A DNA stretch of 50,068 nt from an uncultured Candidatus Saccharibacteria bacterium (GCA_964434195.1 CAYSUI010000009.1:1-50068); one strand, 5' to 3'. Shown: positions 20,130 to 30,395, numbered from the stretch's first letter. The notes: generated from the sequence alone by a model not told the origin. Numbers and translations are program-made.

Positions 20130-22109
20130 ATGAATATATTCAAACTTGTAGAGACGCCTAATAAATTAACTTACCATTTTTTCAGAGATAGATTTTGGAT
20201 TTGCTTTGCCTTAACTTTACCAATACTTTTTTATTCAACAATCTTTGAAAGATGGTCAGGTTTTGCTCTGTTAGACTTTCCTGGAAGCAAACTTATCCCG
20301 CTTATACTGGGCTCTATAGTCTTTTTTTATGGTGGATTAACCTTTATACTCGGTGCAGTACATGAAATAAAAGAAAAAAAACCAGGGCTCATGTTGCTTA
20401 CTGCTATAGCTATTTGTTCTGCCTATGCTTTTAGTTTACTTTCTCAGGTTTTACCAATAGGAGAAGAGTTTTTCTGGGAGACCTCCCTATTAATTAGCTT
20501 CATGTTACTTGGCAGATGGCTCGAATTGAGATCACTCTCGAGCTCGGAAGTTACTTTAGAGGACTTAAACAAACTTTTACCGGAATTAGCCCAGCTTAAA
20601 AACGGACGATTAGTATTTTTAAAGGAATTAGCAGCTGGAGATGTAGTAGTTGTAAAACCTGGTGAAATTATTCCTGTGGATGGGGTTATAGAAAATGGAG
20701 AATCAGAAATAAATGAATCATTACTATCTACAGGTGAGGTAAAGCACTCTCTCAAGTCTGTGGGTTCGAAGGTTCTAGGAGGAATGAAAAATATTTCTGG
20801 AAATATAGAAGTAAGAGCAACTCGACTTGGAGCTTCTAGCTATCTAGAGGGCGTTATTAGAACGCTTGTTCAAGCGCGTGAAAATAAAACAAAGATACAA
20901 ATTCTTGCTGACAGAGCAGCCCTTTGGTTAACTGTAACTGCTATTGTATCTGCTGTAATAACTGCTATTAGTTGGGTTTTCATTGGCGGAAGCTTAGGAA
21001 CGGTTCTGGATCATGTTGTATCTGTTCTAGTAGTTGCCTGCCCTAACGCTCTTATCCTTGCGGTACCACTCACTGTTGCTGTGACTACTAAGGTAGGAGC
21101 AGAACACCACATATTAATAAGAACACGCGAGGCTCTTGAAGAGCTTAGAAAAGTAACGACCGTTGTTTTCGATAAAACAGGCACACTCTTAACAAATAAC
21201 TATATACTTGCTGACTGTGTAAGCACCGAGGGTCTGACTGAACAAGAAGTCGTAGGTTTGGCGGCAGCGGTTGAATCTAGGTCTGAGCATGCATTGGGCA
21301 AAGCAATTGTTAATAAGGCGAACGAATGGGGTTTAAACCTACCAGTTATAACCAATTTTAAGATTATTCCGGGAGTATGCGTAGAGGCTGAATATGAAGG
21401 TAAAAAAATTCGCGTTGGAGGGAAAAAATTATTGGAACAACAAAAACCAACTATGGATGAGGCTTTGAGTAAGTTTGATTTACAGTTCAGCCAGATTGGA
21501 GTTTCGGTAATGTATGTTGTGAGGGAAAATACTGTAATAGGTCTTATTTCTTTGGAAGATTCTGTTAAACCGGAAACTATTTCGGCTATTACTGAACTTA
21601 AAAAAATGGGTATTTTAGTTGTTATGCTTACAGGTGATAATAACAGCTCAGCTGAAAGAGTAGCGAGGACACTCGGGGTAAGTGAATTTTACGGTGAGCT
21701 ACTTCCAGAGATGAAAGAAGCAAAAATAAGTGAACTTAAAGCAAAGGGTGGTAAAGTTGCATTTGTCGGTGATGGAATAAACGATATTGCAGTTCTTGCT
21801 AAGAGCGATCTAGGAATAATTATAGGATCAGAAAGCGAAGCAAATATAGAATCTGCCGGGGTAATTCTTACCAATGACAACCCTATGGGCATACCTCAAG
21901 CTATAAAACTTTCGAGGCTAAATTTTAGAATGATACTCCAAAACTTGTGGTGGGCAATAGGGTACAATATTTTAGCAATTATATTTGCAGCGGGAGTTTT
22001 GAGCTCTTTCTCTATAGAAATTCCTTCTGCACTTGGTCCCCTATTTATGTCTCTTAGCGCGATTATCGTTGCGGTTAATGCTCAGACAATTAGGACTCGA
22101 AGGTTATAA
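20130..22109 (+). CDS. P-type (P1B-like) cation-transporting ATPase with divergent signature motifs and no N-terminal metal-binding domain
   Basis: DKTGTL, TGDN, GDGINDIAVL are present. TM6 reads CPN rather than CPC. SEHAL replaces SEHPL. TGEV replaces TGES. Confidence 0.8.
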   Translation: MNIFKLVETPNKLTYHFFRDRFWICFALTLPILFYSTIFERWSGFALLDFPGSKLIPLILGSIVFFYGGLTFILGAVHEIKEKKPGLMLLTAIAICSAYAFSLLSQVLPIGEEFFWETSLLISFMLLGRWLELRSLSSSEVTLEDLNKLLPELAQLKNGRLVFLKELAAGDVVVVKPGEIIPVDGVIENGESEINESLLSTGEVKHSLKSVGSKVLGGMKNISGNIEVRATRLGASSYLEGVIRTLVQARENKTKIQILADRAALWLTVTAIVSAVITAISWVFIGGSLGTVLDHVVSVLVVACPNALILAVPLTVAVTTKVGAEHHILIRTREALEELRKVTTVVFDKTGTLLTNNYILADCVSTEGLTEQEVVGLAAAVESRSEHALGKAIVNKANEWGLNLPVITNFKIIPGVCVEAEYEGKKIRVGGKKLLEQQKPTMDEALSKFDLQFSQIGVSVMYVVRENTVIGLISLEDSVKPETISAITELKKMGILVVMLTGDNNSSAERVARTLGVSEFYGELLPEMKEAKISELKAKGGKVAFVGDGINDIAVLAKSDLGIIIGSESEANIESAGVILTNDNPMGIPQAIKLSRLNFRMILQNLWWAIGYNILAIIFAAGVLSSFSIEIPSALGPLFMSLSAIIVAVNAQTIRTRRL

Positions 22110-22139
22110 AAAAATCCTCTACTAAAGAGAGGTTTAATT

Positions 22140-22334
22140 TTACTCAATATCGCCTATCCCCAAGAGGTAGGCAGTGGTAGCTTCTTTACTAGGAACGACA
22201 TTATTGAAGAAGCGGTCTTTTTTTTCATTGTACCTTTTTGCACATTCTTCAGAACACGCAAAGTCACCGTCCTGATTCAGTAGCACACCCCCAAACTCAG
22301 GGACTTCTTTTCCGCAGTTATTTGCACATTTCAT
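22140..22334 (-). CDS. Small Cys4 protein (putative zinc ribbon)
   Basis: CANNC ... CSEEC pairs; 64 aa; convergent with the ATPase gene. Confidence 0.5.
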   Translation of the reverse strand: MKCANNCGKEVPEFGGVLLNQDGDFACSEECAKRYNEKKDRFFNNVVPSKEATTAYLLGIGDIE

Positions 22335-22613
22335 ATAGACCTCCAGATATTCAAGAAACCAACAAGAAATAGTAAATACTTTAACATTTATTTAAGAAAA
22401 AGTCAACGAAATTAACTACTTTCGGTTTTTGTGTTTGGATAATTTTATTAGAGACATTGCTGAAAATTTTCTCAAGCTACGCAGACTACCCCCTGAAAGG
22501 TGCATTCGTTTTCGATTTTTTTGTTCGCGTTTTTCAGCACGTATTGGAGTTTTAATTTTTCTCATAATTATATTTTAACAAAGAATTAATAGGGTGAGTG
22601 TTATAATAATGCT

Positions 22614-22997
22614 ATGAAAAAATATGAGACTATACCAAATTCATTGAGATTGGCTTTTACGATTCATTTTATAGTTGATATCGTTTTTGCTATACCGTTA
22701 TTATTATTCCCCCACTGGTTCTTAGCATACCTAGGTTTTCCAGATGGTAACTTTGTTTTTGTTAGGCTATTGGGCGCAACACTAGCTGCAATAGGAATTA
22801 CTTCACACCTTATGAAAAATGGAGGGCTAGAGGTTTACAGAGCCATGCTATCCTTGAAAATGATCTTTTCATTGTCAGTAGTATTGGGACTTTTACTCTC
22901 TTTAGATGAAGCTCCTAGGATAGCCTCTTACTTTCTAGTTGGTTTTATGGGGTATTTTACTTTATGGAGTTACTTTAGAGCCAGACTAAGAACGTAA
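22614..22997 (+). CDS. Membrane protein (127 aa, 4 TM)
   Basis: Hydrophobic helices throughout; terminator follows. Confidence 0.55.
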   Translation: MKKYETIPNSLRLAFTIHFIVDIVFAIPLLLFPHWFLAYLGFPDGNFVFVRLLGATLAAIGITSHLMKNGGLEVYRAMLSLKMIFSLSVVLGLLLSLDEAPRIASYFLVGFMGYFTLWSYFRARLRT

Positions 22998-23023
22998 TTA
23001 TAATTTTTATTTTATTTACGTTA

Positions 23024-23051
23024 AAAAATACCCGCTATCTAGCGGGTTTTA
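23024..23051. terminator. Bidirectional terminator between convergent genes
   Basis: aaaaaat-acccgc-tatcta-gcgggt-tttt. Confidence 0.7.
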
Positions 23052-23809
23052 CTGTTTATTACAGCACTCACAATCTCAATGGCCTGTACCCAGAACGTGC
23101 ACGAACTACTATATGCTTTTGTTCCGTCTGCCTTAGTAGCCCCTGTACAGGTTATTCCGTAAATTTTACCATCCTCAGTGGAAATTATAGAACCAGAGTC
23201 TCCCGGTACACCATCTAGACTGAGTTCAATCTGATTGACGAAAGTTCTATCCATGTATTCGACCTTAACTTCCTTAAATTTTGGTCTATAAATAAAACCT
23301 CCCTTAATTTTGTACTTCCCATACTCCCTCATAAGCATTGCTATGGGCAAATGATTGGCCAAATCTGGCTTTGGTGCGAATTTGTACCTGAGTGCTTCTG
23401 CTTTACCCGGTATGTCGGCTCTAACTAAGGCCGTGTCATTTTTTTTGTTATGACCACATATTTTTAATACCGGATAAACTCCGCCACTTTCGGTTACCAC
23501 CAATAGATTTTCAATCTTATCTTCCACACAGTGATAACTAGTTAGGAAGTAACCGTTTTGGGTTAAGAGCAATCCATTAGACCTATGCCTACCGTATGCA
23601 TCTGTTAACTCCAAGACTCCTGACTTTAGGTTTGCTTTTGCCTGCTCTACTGAGAGCATTTCTCCCCAATAAAAGTTCTGAAGGAAATCACTTAGCGCCT
23701 GCTTATCCCTTTTAATTTGAAGATTTGACGTTACATCTTCTTCAAAAAGTTCGAAAGAGTCGAGATATTCCTTAACTTTTCCTAATATTTCTTCGAAAAA
23801 CTCAGTCAT
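23039..23809 (-). CDS. Trypsin-like serine peptidase domain protein, no signal peptide
   Basis: Catalytic triad contexts TSYHCV, NDTALV, GDSGS. Confidence 0.7.
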   Translation of the reverse strand: MTEFFEEILGKVKEYLDSFELFEEDVTSNLQIKRDKQALSDFLQNFYWGEMLSVEQAKANLKSGVLELTDAYGRHRSNGLLLTQNGYFLTSYHCVEDKIENLLVVTESGGVYPVLKICGHNKKNDTALVRADIPGKAEALRYKFAPKPDLANHLPIAMLMREYGKYKIKGGFIYRPKFKEVKVEYMDRTFVNQIELSLDGVPGDSGSIISTEDGKIYGITCTGATKADGTKAYSSSCTFWVQAIEIVSAVINSKTR

Positions 23810-23880
23810 ATTACCCTCCTATACGAGGGAATATTAGCATTTTTTATAAATTTTAAAAGACCTCAATAAGGCCTTTCAAT

Positions 23881-24174
23881 TTATACAAGGATAAGCATTG
23901 TAACAGCAATTAACTTACCGGCAACGAGATTTTCTTTTTTTCTCACTTGGGATTTTATTGGAAGTAAATAGGTCTCTGACTTTTTGTCTGGAAAGATAGA
24001 AGTAGCCCAAGTTGTTTCTCCTATTTTTACATCTACCTTAAGAGAGCCAAATCCTCGCTTGTGTCCGGCAAAAAGTTTTCTAATTTCTTTGGATTCTTTT
24101 TTTGGAACATTTATAAAATGCCATGCTGATTGTCCCGGATATATCCAAATTTTTGACTTGAATTTGTATACCAT
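23881..24174 (-). CDS. DUF1905 family protein
   Basis: WHFINVPKKESKEIR...GSLKVDVKIGETTWATSIFP pattern. Confidence 0.6.
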   Translation of the reverse strand: MVYKFKSKIWIYPGQSAWHFINVPKKESKEIRKLFAGHKRGFGSLKVDVKIGETTWATSIFPDKKSETYLLPIKSQVRKKENLVAGKLIAVTMLILV

Positions 24175-24354
24175 AAAATTATTTTAGTTCCATTTCTTAC
24201 ACTTGCTTGCAAAAGACTACATAATTAAAAAATACGCCTTGTGCGTATTATTGTCTATAAGGGAGCTTGTCTTTAAATCCAGTGACTTTGCATTGATGAA
24301 TGGGCAGAGAGCCACCATCCTGCCTTATACAAACTTTATTTTTCAAGCACTAAT

Positions 24355-25263
24355 TTATAAGCTTAATGATTGCTTTATCCTACTTTTACACCCCTGTTTA
24401 CATAAAAAGTTTTTCCCTAAATTTACCTCACAAGACTCACAGGCTATGAGCTGTCTATGGCAATCATTATTTGCGCAGTTGGTGAATCGTTCAGATTTTT
24501 CACCACACACTACGCACTTGCCTACTACTTCATGCTTTGGGTCGTCGGTGTAGAAACCCATATACATTCTACTGTCGAAAACATAGAGCTTGCCTAGGAA
24601 ATCTTCGTTTGGATATTTTTCCATATAACTAACAATACCACCGTCTAACTGGTATACATCTTTAAAACCGTTATCTAGCAGGTAGCCAGATGCTTTTTCA
24701 CACCTTACACCACCGGTACATACTGTAAGAACAGTTTTATCTTTTAGATGAGATAGGCTTTCTAAAAATTTTGGTAAATCTCTAAAATTATCCATTGGAG
24801 GCAAGATGGAATTTTTAAAATATCCCACTAGGTGTTCGTATGCATTGCGCATATCTACAATGTAGAATTCCTTACCAGAATGGATCCACTCATGAAGCTC
24901 TTCGGCTTTGAGTCTTTTGCCAGTGAGTATGTTGGGATTCACGTCGCAACTGCCGAGCTTAAGTTCGACAATTTCGTTCTTGACCTTTACTGAAAGTTTT
25001 GGGAATGCATTTCCTGTGCCTTCGCTCCTTTTAATATGTGTATTACTAAAACGACTGTCTGAGAGAAACTCTCTCAGATACTCATCTATAGACTCTTTTT
25101 CCCCTTCTATAGTCGCATTAATACCTTCGCTGGCTATAATGGTTCTACCCTTAAGACCCAGTTTCTCTTGCAATATTCGCTGTTCTCTAGCGAGCCCTTG
25201 AGGATTATCTATGTGGACGTATTTGTAAAAAAGTATAATTTCGAATTGATTCATAACTACCAT
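24355..25263 (-). CDS. trhO: Rhodanese-domain tRNA uridine(34) hydroxylase (UPF0176/YceA family)
   Basis: ILFYKYVHIDNP N-terminus, rhodanese active-site CTGGVRCEKA, C-terminal Cys cluster. Confidence 0.85.
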   Translation of the reverse strand: MVVMNQFEIILFYKYVHIDNPQGLAREQRILQEKLGLKGRTIIASEGINATIEGEKESIDEYLREFLSDSRFSNTHIKRSEGTGNAFPKLSVKVKNEIVELKLGSCDVNPNILTGKRLKAEELHEWIHSGKEFYIVDMRNAYEHLVGYFKNSILPPMDNFRDLPKFLESLSHLKDKTVLTVCTGGVRCEKASGYLLDNGFKDVYQLDGGIVSYMEKYPNEDFLGKLYVFDSRMYMGFYTDDPKHEVVGKCVVCGEKSERFTNCANNDCHRQLIACESCEVNLGKNFLCKQGCKSRIKQSLSL

Positions 25264-25381
25264 ATTTTATACTCAATAAAAAAATCGCGCCACCCCATCA
25301 TAACCATCTTTAGAGGTAGGTAAACTTGTAAATATTACGTAAAAGAGGTAATTTCAGAGTAGCCATAGAGAAGGAGAGATT

Positions 25382-25951
25382 ATGATATTTACACAAATTA
25401 TTTTCATCGTTTTGTTTATTCTTGCAGTAGTCAACAGGATTCTTGCTCTTCAGGAAAGTCGGATAAGTAGATCAGTGAGCACAGAGACTCGCTTTGTGTT
25501 CATAATGGGCTTGGCTGGCTTGAGCGTGGTAAATTCGTTTTTATTTGCACTGAACCCAGAATGGTATTCCAATTTTCAAGGTGAAACTATAAACGAAGTA
25601 AACTTTATAGGAAATTTGTTTATTGTTTTAGCGATTTTACTTTGGATAGCCAGCAAAAGACAACTGGGCCTTAACTGGTCTCCTAGAATTGCTATACGCG
25701 ATAAACATACCATTACGAAAACCGGTCCATATAGATTTGTCCGACATCCAATTTACAGCTCATACATTTTATTGAGCCTAGGTGTAATACTTGCGACTAC
25801 AAACCCAATGGTATTCCTCCCCTACTGCTTAACTACTTTAATTGTATTAAGTAGAGTTCCCCAAGAGGAGAAAGCACTTAGAAATTTCTTTGGACCTAAG
25901 TACGAAGAGTACTCCCTGCATACAGGGAAACTTTTTCCGAAACTTTTTTAA
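25382..25951 (+). CDS. Isoprenylcysteine carboxyl methyltransferase (ICMT) family membrane protein
   Basis: GPYRFVRHPIYSSYILL motif; polytopic. Confidence 0.75.
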   Translation: MIFTQIIFIVLFILAVVNRILALQESRISRSVSTETRFVFIMGLAGLSVVNSFLFALNPEWYSNFQGETINEVNFIGNLFIVLAILLWIASKRQLGLNWSPRIAIRDKHTITKTGPYRFVRHPIYSSYILLSLGVILATTNPMVFLPYCLTTLIVLSRVPQEEKALRNFFGPKYEEYSLHTGKLFPKLF

Positions 25952-25973
25952 CTCTCTTGAAGAGAGTTTTTTT
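25950..25973 (+). terminator. Intrinsic terminator
   Basis: aactctct-tga-agagagtt followed by ttttt. Confidence 0.7.
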
Positions 25974-26019
25974 ATTTACTTTGCCCGTATATAATGTAAT
26001 TGAAATTAATTGAATATAT

Positions 26020-26451
26020 ATGCCAGTAATAAACTATTGGGCAGTTTTAGTGAGCGGAATTTCCGCTATGATAGTTGGATCCATTTGGTATGGACCTTTG
26101 TTTGGTAAATTGTGGATGGAGGGTATGGGCTTTGACCCTAATAATCAAGATTTCAAAGCCAAAATGAAAAAGTCCGCAGGTCCTGCTTACGGACAAATGT
26201 TCGTTTTAGCACTCCTAGAGGCTTTTGTATTGGCACATATAATTTGGGCCTTTAGAACGGCACTCCCTCCTATGAGCGATTTAGCTAGTGGATTACAGGG
26301 CGGCTTATGGTGTTGGTTGGGTTTTATATTACCTATTAAGTATGGGGATAAACTCTGGGGTGGAAAGAAGTTTAAATATGTTGCGATAGACCTAGCATAC
26401 TATTTAGTAGTAGCTCTAATAATGGGTAGTGTAATTTCTTTTTGGAAATAA
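26020..26451 (+). CDS. DUF1761 family membrane protein
   Basis: INYWAVLVSGISAMIVGSIWYGPLFGKLW N-terminus typical of the family. Confidence 0.6.
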   Translation: MPVINYWAVLVSGISAMIVGSIWYGPLFGKLWMEGMGFDPNNQDFKAKMKKSAGPAYGQMFVLALLEAFVLAHIIWAFRTALPPMSDLASGLQGGLWCWLGFILPIKYGDKLWGGKKFKYVAIDLAYYLVVALIMGSVISFWK

Positions 26452-26458
26452 ACTAAAT

Positions 26459-26491
26459 AAAAAACCCTCGTTATGCACGAGGGTTTTTTAT
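26459..26491. terminator. Bidirectional terminator
   Basis: aaaaccctcg-ttatgca-cgagggtttt; the dedA stop lies in the loop. Confidence 0.8.
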
Positions 26492-27112
26492 TTTAGACAC
26501 AATTGAATTGATCAAATTTTTACGAAAGCTCGGGTCTTTAGCAAAATGATACAAACCTGGAGAGATAGAAAGCAAAACTATTAACGCAATTATCAGCAGC
26601 AAATACTTGTCTATATTCGGGATGGTTTGTCCTAGAAAGTAACCGAGGAGAGTTAATCCAACTGCCCAGAGAAGCGCACCGATTAGGTTATAAGATATAA
26701 AGTGTTTATAGCTCATTTGACCAACACCTGCCATAACCGGAGCAAAAGTTCTTATGACTGGCACAAAACGAGCGATGATAATGGTTTTTCCTCCATGCTT
26801 CTCGTAGAAAGCCTGCGTCTTATGAATATGGTCTTTATTGAAGAATAATGAGTCTGACTTAGTGAATATCTTTGGACCTAGTTTCTTGCCTATGGAATAA
26901 CCCACACTATCTCCTATCGCTGCAGCGAGGAATAATACTAAACACAGCAACCAAATATCTATATAACCTTGCGATGAGAGTATTCCGGCGGTGAATAAGA
27001 GACTGTCACCCGGTAGGAAGAAACCTATTAACAAACCTGATTCGGCAAAAACAATACCAGCTAAACCAATTAATCCTGCAGTTTTTATAAAAGCTTCCAA
27101 ATCTATAATCAT
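26471..27112 (-). CDS. DedA family (VTT domain) membrane protein
   Basis: FAESGLLIGFFLPGDSLLFTAG motif. ATG 27112 is preferred, because the longer ORF to 27268 overlaps the cdd start. Confidence 0.8.
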   Translation of the reverse strand: MIIDLEAFIKTAGLIGLAGIVFAESGLLIGFFLPGDSLLFTAGILSSQGYIDIWLLCLVLFLAAAIGDSVGYSIGKKLGPKIFTKSDSLFFNKDHIHKTQAFYEKHGGKTIIIARFVPVIRTFAPVMAGVGQMSYKHFISYNLIGALLWAVGLTLLGYFLGQTIPNIDKYLLLIIALIVLLSISPGLYHFAKDPSFRKNLINSIVSKIKNPRA

Positions 27113-27206
27113 ATTGGTTATTTTATCACAAGTTATGTATTTGATAGAGCTGAGGAATATAGCTAGGATTACATAGAAACCAACAAAGGTTTCGATGGAG
27201 GAATAT

Positions 27207-27746
27207 ATGAAAAGTGTTCTCGAAAAAGTTATTCGGGTAGAAATTTGTAGATATGCAGAATTACCCAAAGAAACATGCGAGCTTATAGAAGCGGCTTTCT
27301 ATGCAAGACAAAATGCTCAGGCACCCTATTCTGGTTACCAAGTGGGAGCAGCGGTGAGAAGTGCTGGAAGTAATAGAGTTTATGTGGGTTGTAATGTTGA
27401 GAGATGCTCTTATACCCAAACATCCCATGCTGAACAGACAGCAATTGATTCAATGGTAGTTGCTGAAGGTGCGGGCTGTAAGATAGAGGCTTTAGCCATT
27501 GTCTCAGCACCGAAAGACAAACCAATGACTATCCCCCCGGCAAGGTCGGCCGATAAATTTGGGGTGGATGACTTAATAGCTCCATGCGGACACTGCAGGC
27601 AAATTATTTGGGAAAACTGTCTTGGAGACAGGGAGGTTCCTGTGTATGAGATAGCTCCTAATGGTGAAATTTATAAAGTAACTATTGGGGACCTCTTTCC
27701 ACTTGCTTTCGGACCGACTGAGCTTGGGGTAGACATTAGGAGATAA
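27207..27746 (+). CDS. cdd: Cytidine/deoxycytidylate deaminase
   Basis: HAEQTAI and PCGHCRQ zinc ligand motifs; GGAGG 5 nt upstream of ATG 27207. Confidence 0.8.
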   Translation: MKSVLEKVIRVEICRYAELPKETCELIEAAFYARQNAQAPYSGYQVGAAVRSAGSNRVYVGCNVERCSYTQTSHAEQTAIDSMVVAEGAGCKIEALAIVSAPKDKPMTIPPARSADKFGVDDLIAPCGHCRQIIWENCLGDREVPVYEIAPNGEIYKVTIGDLFPLAFGPTELGVDIRR

Positions 27747-27749
27747 TAT

Positions 27750-27773
27750 ACACCTTAATTCAGGTGTTTTTTT
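27750..27773 (+). terminator. Intrinsic terminator
   Basis: acacct-taattc-aggtgt-ttttttt. Confidence 0.75.
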
Positions 27774-27842
27774 ATCGTTGACAAAATATTTAAATTATGT
27801 TATACTTAAATTTATTTCTACACTTTTTCTTTGGAGGGTTTT

Positions 27843-28322
27843 ATGACTGAATATAAATTGCAGAACGCGCTGAGAGAAATTCACCGCGTTTTGATTGCGA
27901 GTGGATATGCTGTAACAATGAGAGAAGGGGCGCCTGGTAGATACTGGGTAACAACTGGCGATCTAAAAAGATCACTAATGTTGACTGACGAGGAAATCCA
28001 GTTAAATGGTCAAGGACGATGTTTCGGAGGAGTTGGCTACGACCAATTATCCGAGGCTATTGAGTTTTTGAGTAATAATGAGAGTGTTCCCCCAACATAC
28101 CTAAACCTTTGTTTGGAAGTTTTGGAAGGTGTGGGGCGATTCATTTATCACACCATTTACTGGAGCGCAACAGATCAGACGCTCACGCTCAATATACACG
28201 AGATTTCCCGAAGCATTGTAATAGGACGACAGTCCGGGTTAATTGCCCTTACTGAGTGGACCAAGTTCACAAACCATAATGCTACAAAGGAACAGGCAAT
28301 TGCCTGGATCAGTGGAAATTAA
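27843..28322 (+). CDS. Hypothetical protein (159 aa from ATG 27843)
   Basis: GGAGGG SD 5 nt upstream; no recognised motif. Confidence 0.55.
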   Translation: MTEYKLQNALREIHRVLIASGYAVTMREGAPGRYWVTTGDLKRSLMLTDEEIQLNGQGRCFGGVGYDQLSEAIEFLSNNESVPPTYLNLCLEVLEGVGRFIYHTIYWSATDQTLTLNIHEISRSIVIGRQSGLIALTEWTKFTNHNATKEQAIAWISGN

Positions 28323-28336
28323 TCGCGAAATTTAAC

Positions 28337-28367
28337 GCCCAAGAGGAAAATTCTCTTGGGCTGTTTT
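28337..28367. terminator. Bidirectional terminator
   Basis: gcccaagag-gaaaatt-ctcttgggc then tgtttta. Confidence 0.75.
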
Positions 28368-28378
28368 ATTTATATTTA

Positions 28379-29146
28379 TTATTGACCGCAACCGTTTTGG
28401 GCTAGTTTTGGTTTCCGGTGGTTTTCCATTTCTGGAAAGCGACTAAGGAAGTGGTCGTCTGGGGTAAGTTCTTTAATACCTTCGGCCAAAAATGTACTGT
28501 TACCAGGTGTACCCCTGACGATTATGAAATCCCCTAATTCAAGATCTTCCTTATTTGGGAAAAAGGTGGAATTTGAAATTAGAATATCGCAATGTTTTTT
28601 AAAAATAGTTATGAGGCCGATTTTATCGGGCTCAATGGAATATACTTCACCCATAATACCGTTGTGAAGTGGTTCGCGTCTGATGTCTTTATATATAAAT
28701 CGAAAGGGGCCAGGTCCTCCCCCACTGAAACGTTTAAATGCCCACGAGTGAAGTGGAGTAAGCGCAACCAGACTGCCTCCCAAGATTACGATACCGACAA
28801 TAGAAAGCATGGTATAGATAAGTGGTTTTCTATAGGAGAAAGCGTAGTGTTTTACCAACCAGTAAAGTACTAGAGAAAAAATAAGCACGTAAAGGATGAT
28901 AATAAATGGGAGTGAAAGCAGAAGATCTCTTATACCCAAAATACCTAACTCTGGCAAAACTAATGCCCCTTGAAGTTTTAATTTGAAAATAATAAAGCTG
29001 AAGATGAAGACGGCCGAGAGAGCACAAATACCCAAACCAATAGACCAAAGCAACATGCGCGCGACAAAAAAACTTTTGGGTCGCATTTGCAGCTTACCCG
29101 TTTCTATTTCATCCATTATTTTTTTTGAGATGTCTTCTTGGTTCAT
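28379..29146 (-). CDS. Membrane protein, putative anti-sigma factor partner of the upstream ECF sigma
   Basis: Start overlaps the sigma-gene stop by 4 nt; short cytoplasmic N-terminus then 4 TM helices and a C-terminal domain. Confidence 0.5.
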   Translation of the reverse strand: MNQEDISKKIMDEIETGKLQMRPKSFFVARMLLWSIGLGICALSAVFIFSFIIFKLKLQGALVLPELGILGIRDLLLSLPFIIILYVLIFSLVLYWLVKHYAFSYRKPLIYTMLSIVGIVILGGSLVALTPLHSWAFKRFSGGGPGPFRFIYKDIRREPLHNGIMGEVYSIEPDKIGLITIFKKHCDILISNSTFFPNKEDLELGDFIIVRGTPGNSTFLAEGIKELTPDDHFLSRFPEMENHRKPKLAQNGCGQ

Positions 29147-29703
29147 TGTGAGTGCTTTACTAAAAGCGATTTAAGTTTTTCTTTGCCTCTAAGTATTCTA
29201 ATACCGACGGTATTAATAGGAATGTGTAGCACATCTGCTATTTCTTGATAACTTAAGTTATCTAAAAAGTATAGAGCTAGGGGCTCTCGATATTTATCGT
29301 CTATTTTAGAAAGTGCTACTTCTACGTCTTTGGTAAGCTCTATTCGGTCTACTTCTTTCTCTATATTAGTTTTGTCTGGATAATAAGGCAGAAAAACTTC
29401 TAGGTCGAAATAATCTACAAATGAGTTACTTTTTCTTTTACCGTGGTTAACAAAAGAATTATGGGCTATGCGGTATATCCAGGGACTAAATTTTCTTTCG
29501 GTGTCAAAACTCTGAATGTTTTGATAAGCTTTTATGAAAACTTCCTGGACGATATCTTCCAAGTCTGTATGGTCAAAAAGCAGACTTCTACCGTATCGCA
29601 GAAGCCTATCCTGATAACGCTCTACCAAATGCGAGTATTGCTCTTTTTGCCCTGACTGTACCCGCTTCGCTATTTGTTCGTCTGACTCGGTTGACGGTTC
29701 CAT
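29143..29703 (-). CDS. ECF-type RNA polymerase sigma-70 family factor
   Basis: Region 2 DIVQEVFIKAYQNIQSF..FSPWIYRIAHN and region 4 LSYQEIADVLHIPINTVGIRILRGKEKL. Confidence 0.85.
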   Translation of the reverse strand: MEPSTESDEQIAKRVQSGQKEQYSHLVERYQDRLLRYGRSLLFDHTDLEDIVQEVFIKAYQNIQSFDTERKFSPWIYRIAHNSFVNHGKRKSNSFVDYFDLEVFLPYYPDKTNIEKEVDRIELTKDVEVALSKIDDKYREPLALYFLDNLSYQEIADVLHIPINTVGIRILRGKEKLKSLLVKHSQ

Positions 29704-29876
29704 CTAACTATATTTTCCTTTGATTTATAACTATATTACAGAATATTTACTAAAATATTTCATACCATTTAAGACTACCCTAGCATACCTTATTTGAAAA
29801 TAGGATGTAAGTTTTTATACCCTTTCTCATTTGAATTAATTAAATCCTTATTTAAGGGTTAATAAAAAAATCGCTA

Positions 29877-30395
29877 TTATTTTTTAGCGATAACGAATAC
29901 TTCCCTAAGTGCCCAGAAACCTAATTTTTCGTTTCCGCTTTGGGATTCTTTTACGACCGTACGGGTACTGCCAAGTTTTTTGAATTCTTGTTCGAGTAAT
30001 TCTGCTTTCCTGGTTTGCTTCATTTCTTTAATAACGGAATCTCTTGCAGCGCTTTTACTTATCCCGTTTAGATAGGTCCCCCGTCTGTCGAAGTAGTAGT
30101 CGGCGTCTTTTTCTTCACATTGAACCAGTTCTGCGTCCCATTTAAAGACATGCACGACGGTTGAATTGTCTCTCATGAAAAAGTGCGAGATATCCACTGA
30201 GACATTTTTTACCCTGGCGGGATACATTGCTTTGAGTTTTTTACCAACATCTTCTTGAAATTGATTAGCAGTGTTGTGAATATTTTCAGGGTTAACCCCA
30301 GAAACAATAAAACCCACATGCTCCGATTTTCCCTTGCTTCCCACCTGAAGACTAATGAAAACTAGGGCACAAGATACCATAAAACATTTCTTCAT
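29877..30395 (-). CDS. Secreted protein, distant paralogue of 30505..31026
   Basis: Signal-like N-terminus. Blocks collinear with the neighbour: NPE, V-x-SVD, W-x-A-x-L-x-x-C, D-x-x-Y-x-F, SGN-x-x-L-x-x-W. Confidence 0.6.
   Translation of the reverse strand: MKKCFMVSCALVFISLQVGSKGKSEHVGFIVSGVNPENIHNTANQFQEDVGKKLKAMYPARVKNVSVDISHFFMRDNSTVVHVFKWDAELVQCEEKDADYYFDRRGTYLNGISKSAARDSVIKEMKQTRKAELLEQEFKKLGSTRTVVKESQSGNEKLGFWALREVFVIAKK

Noticed and set aside
22416-22565. 49-aa very basic minus-strand ORF (MRKIKTPIRAEKREQKNRKRMHLSGG...)
   Set aside because: It has no SD upstream of the ATG and no recognisable family. It may be real, but I cannot support it from sequence alone.
26471-27268. Long form of the DedA ORF (265 aa) and the upstream start of cdd (27195)
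   Set aside because: The long forms overlap each other head to head. Internal ATGs (27112 and 27207) give family-typical N-termini, and cdd has a GGAGG SD.
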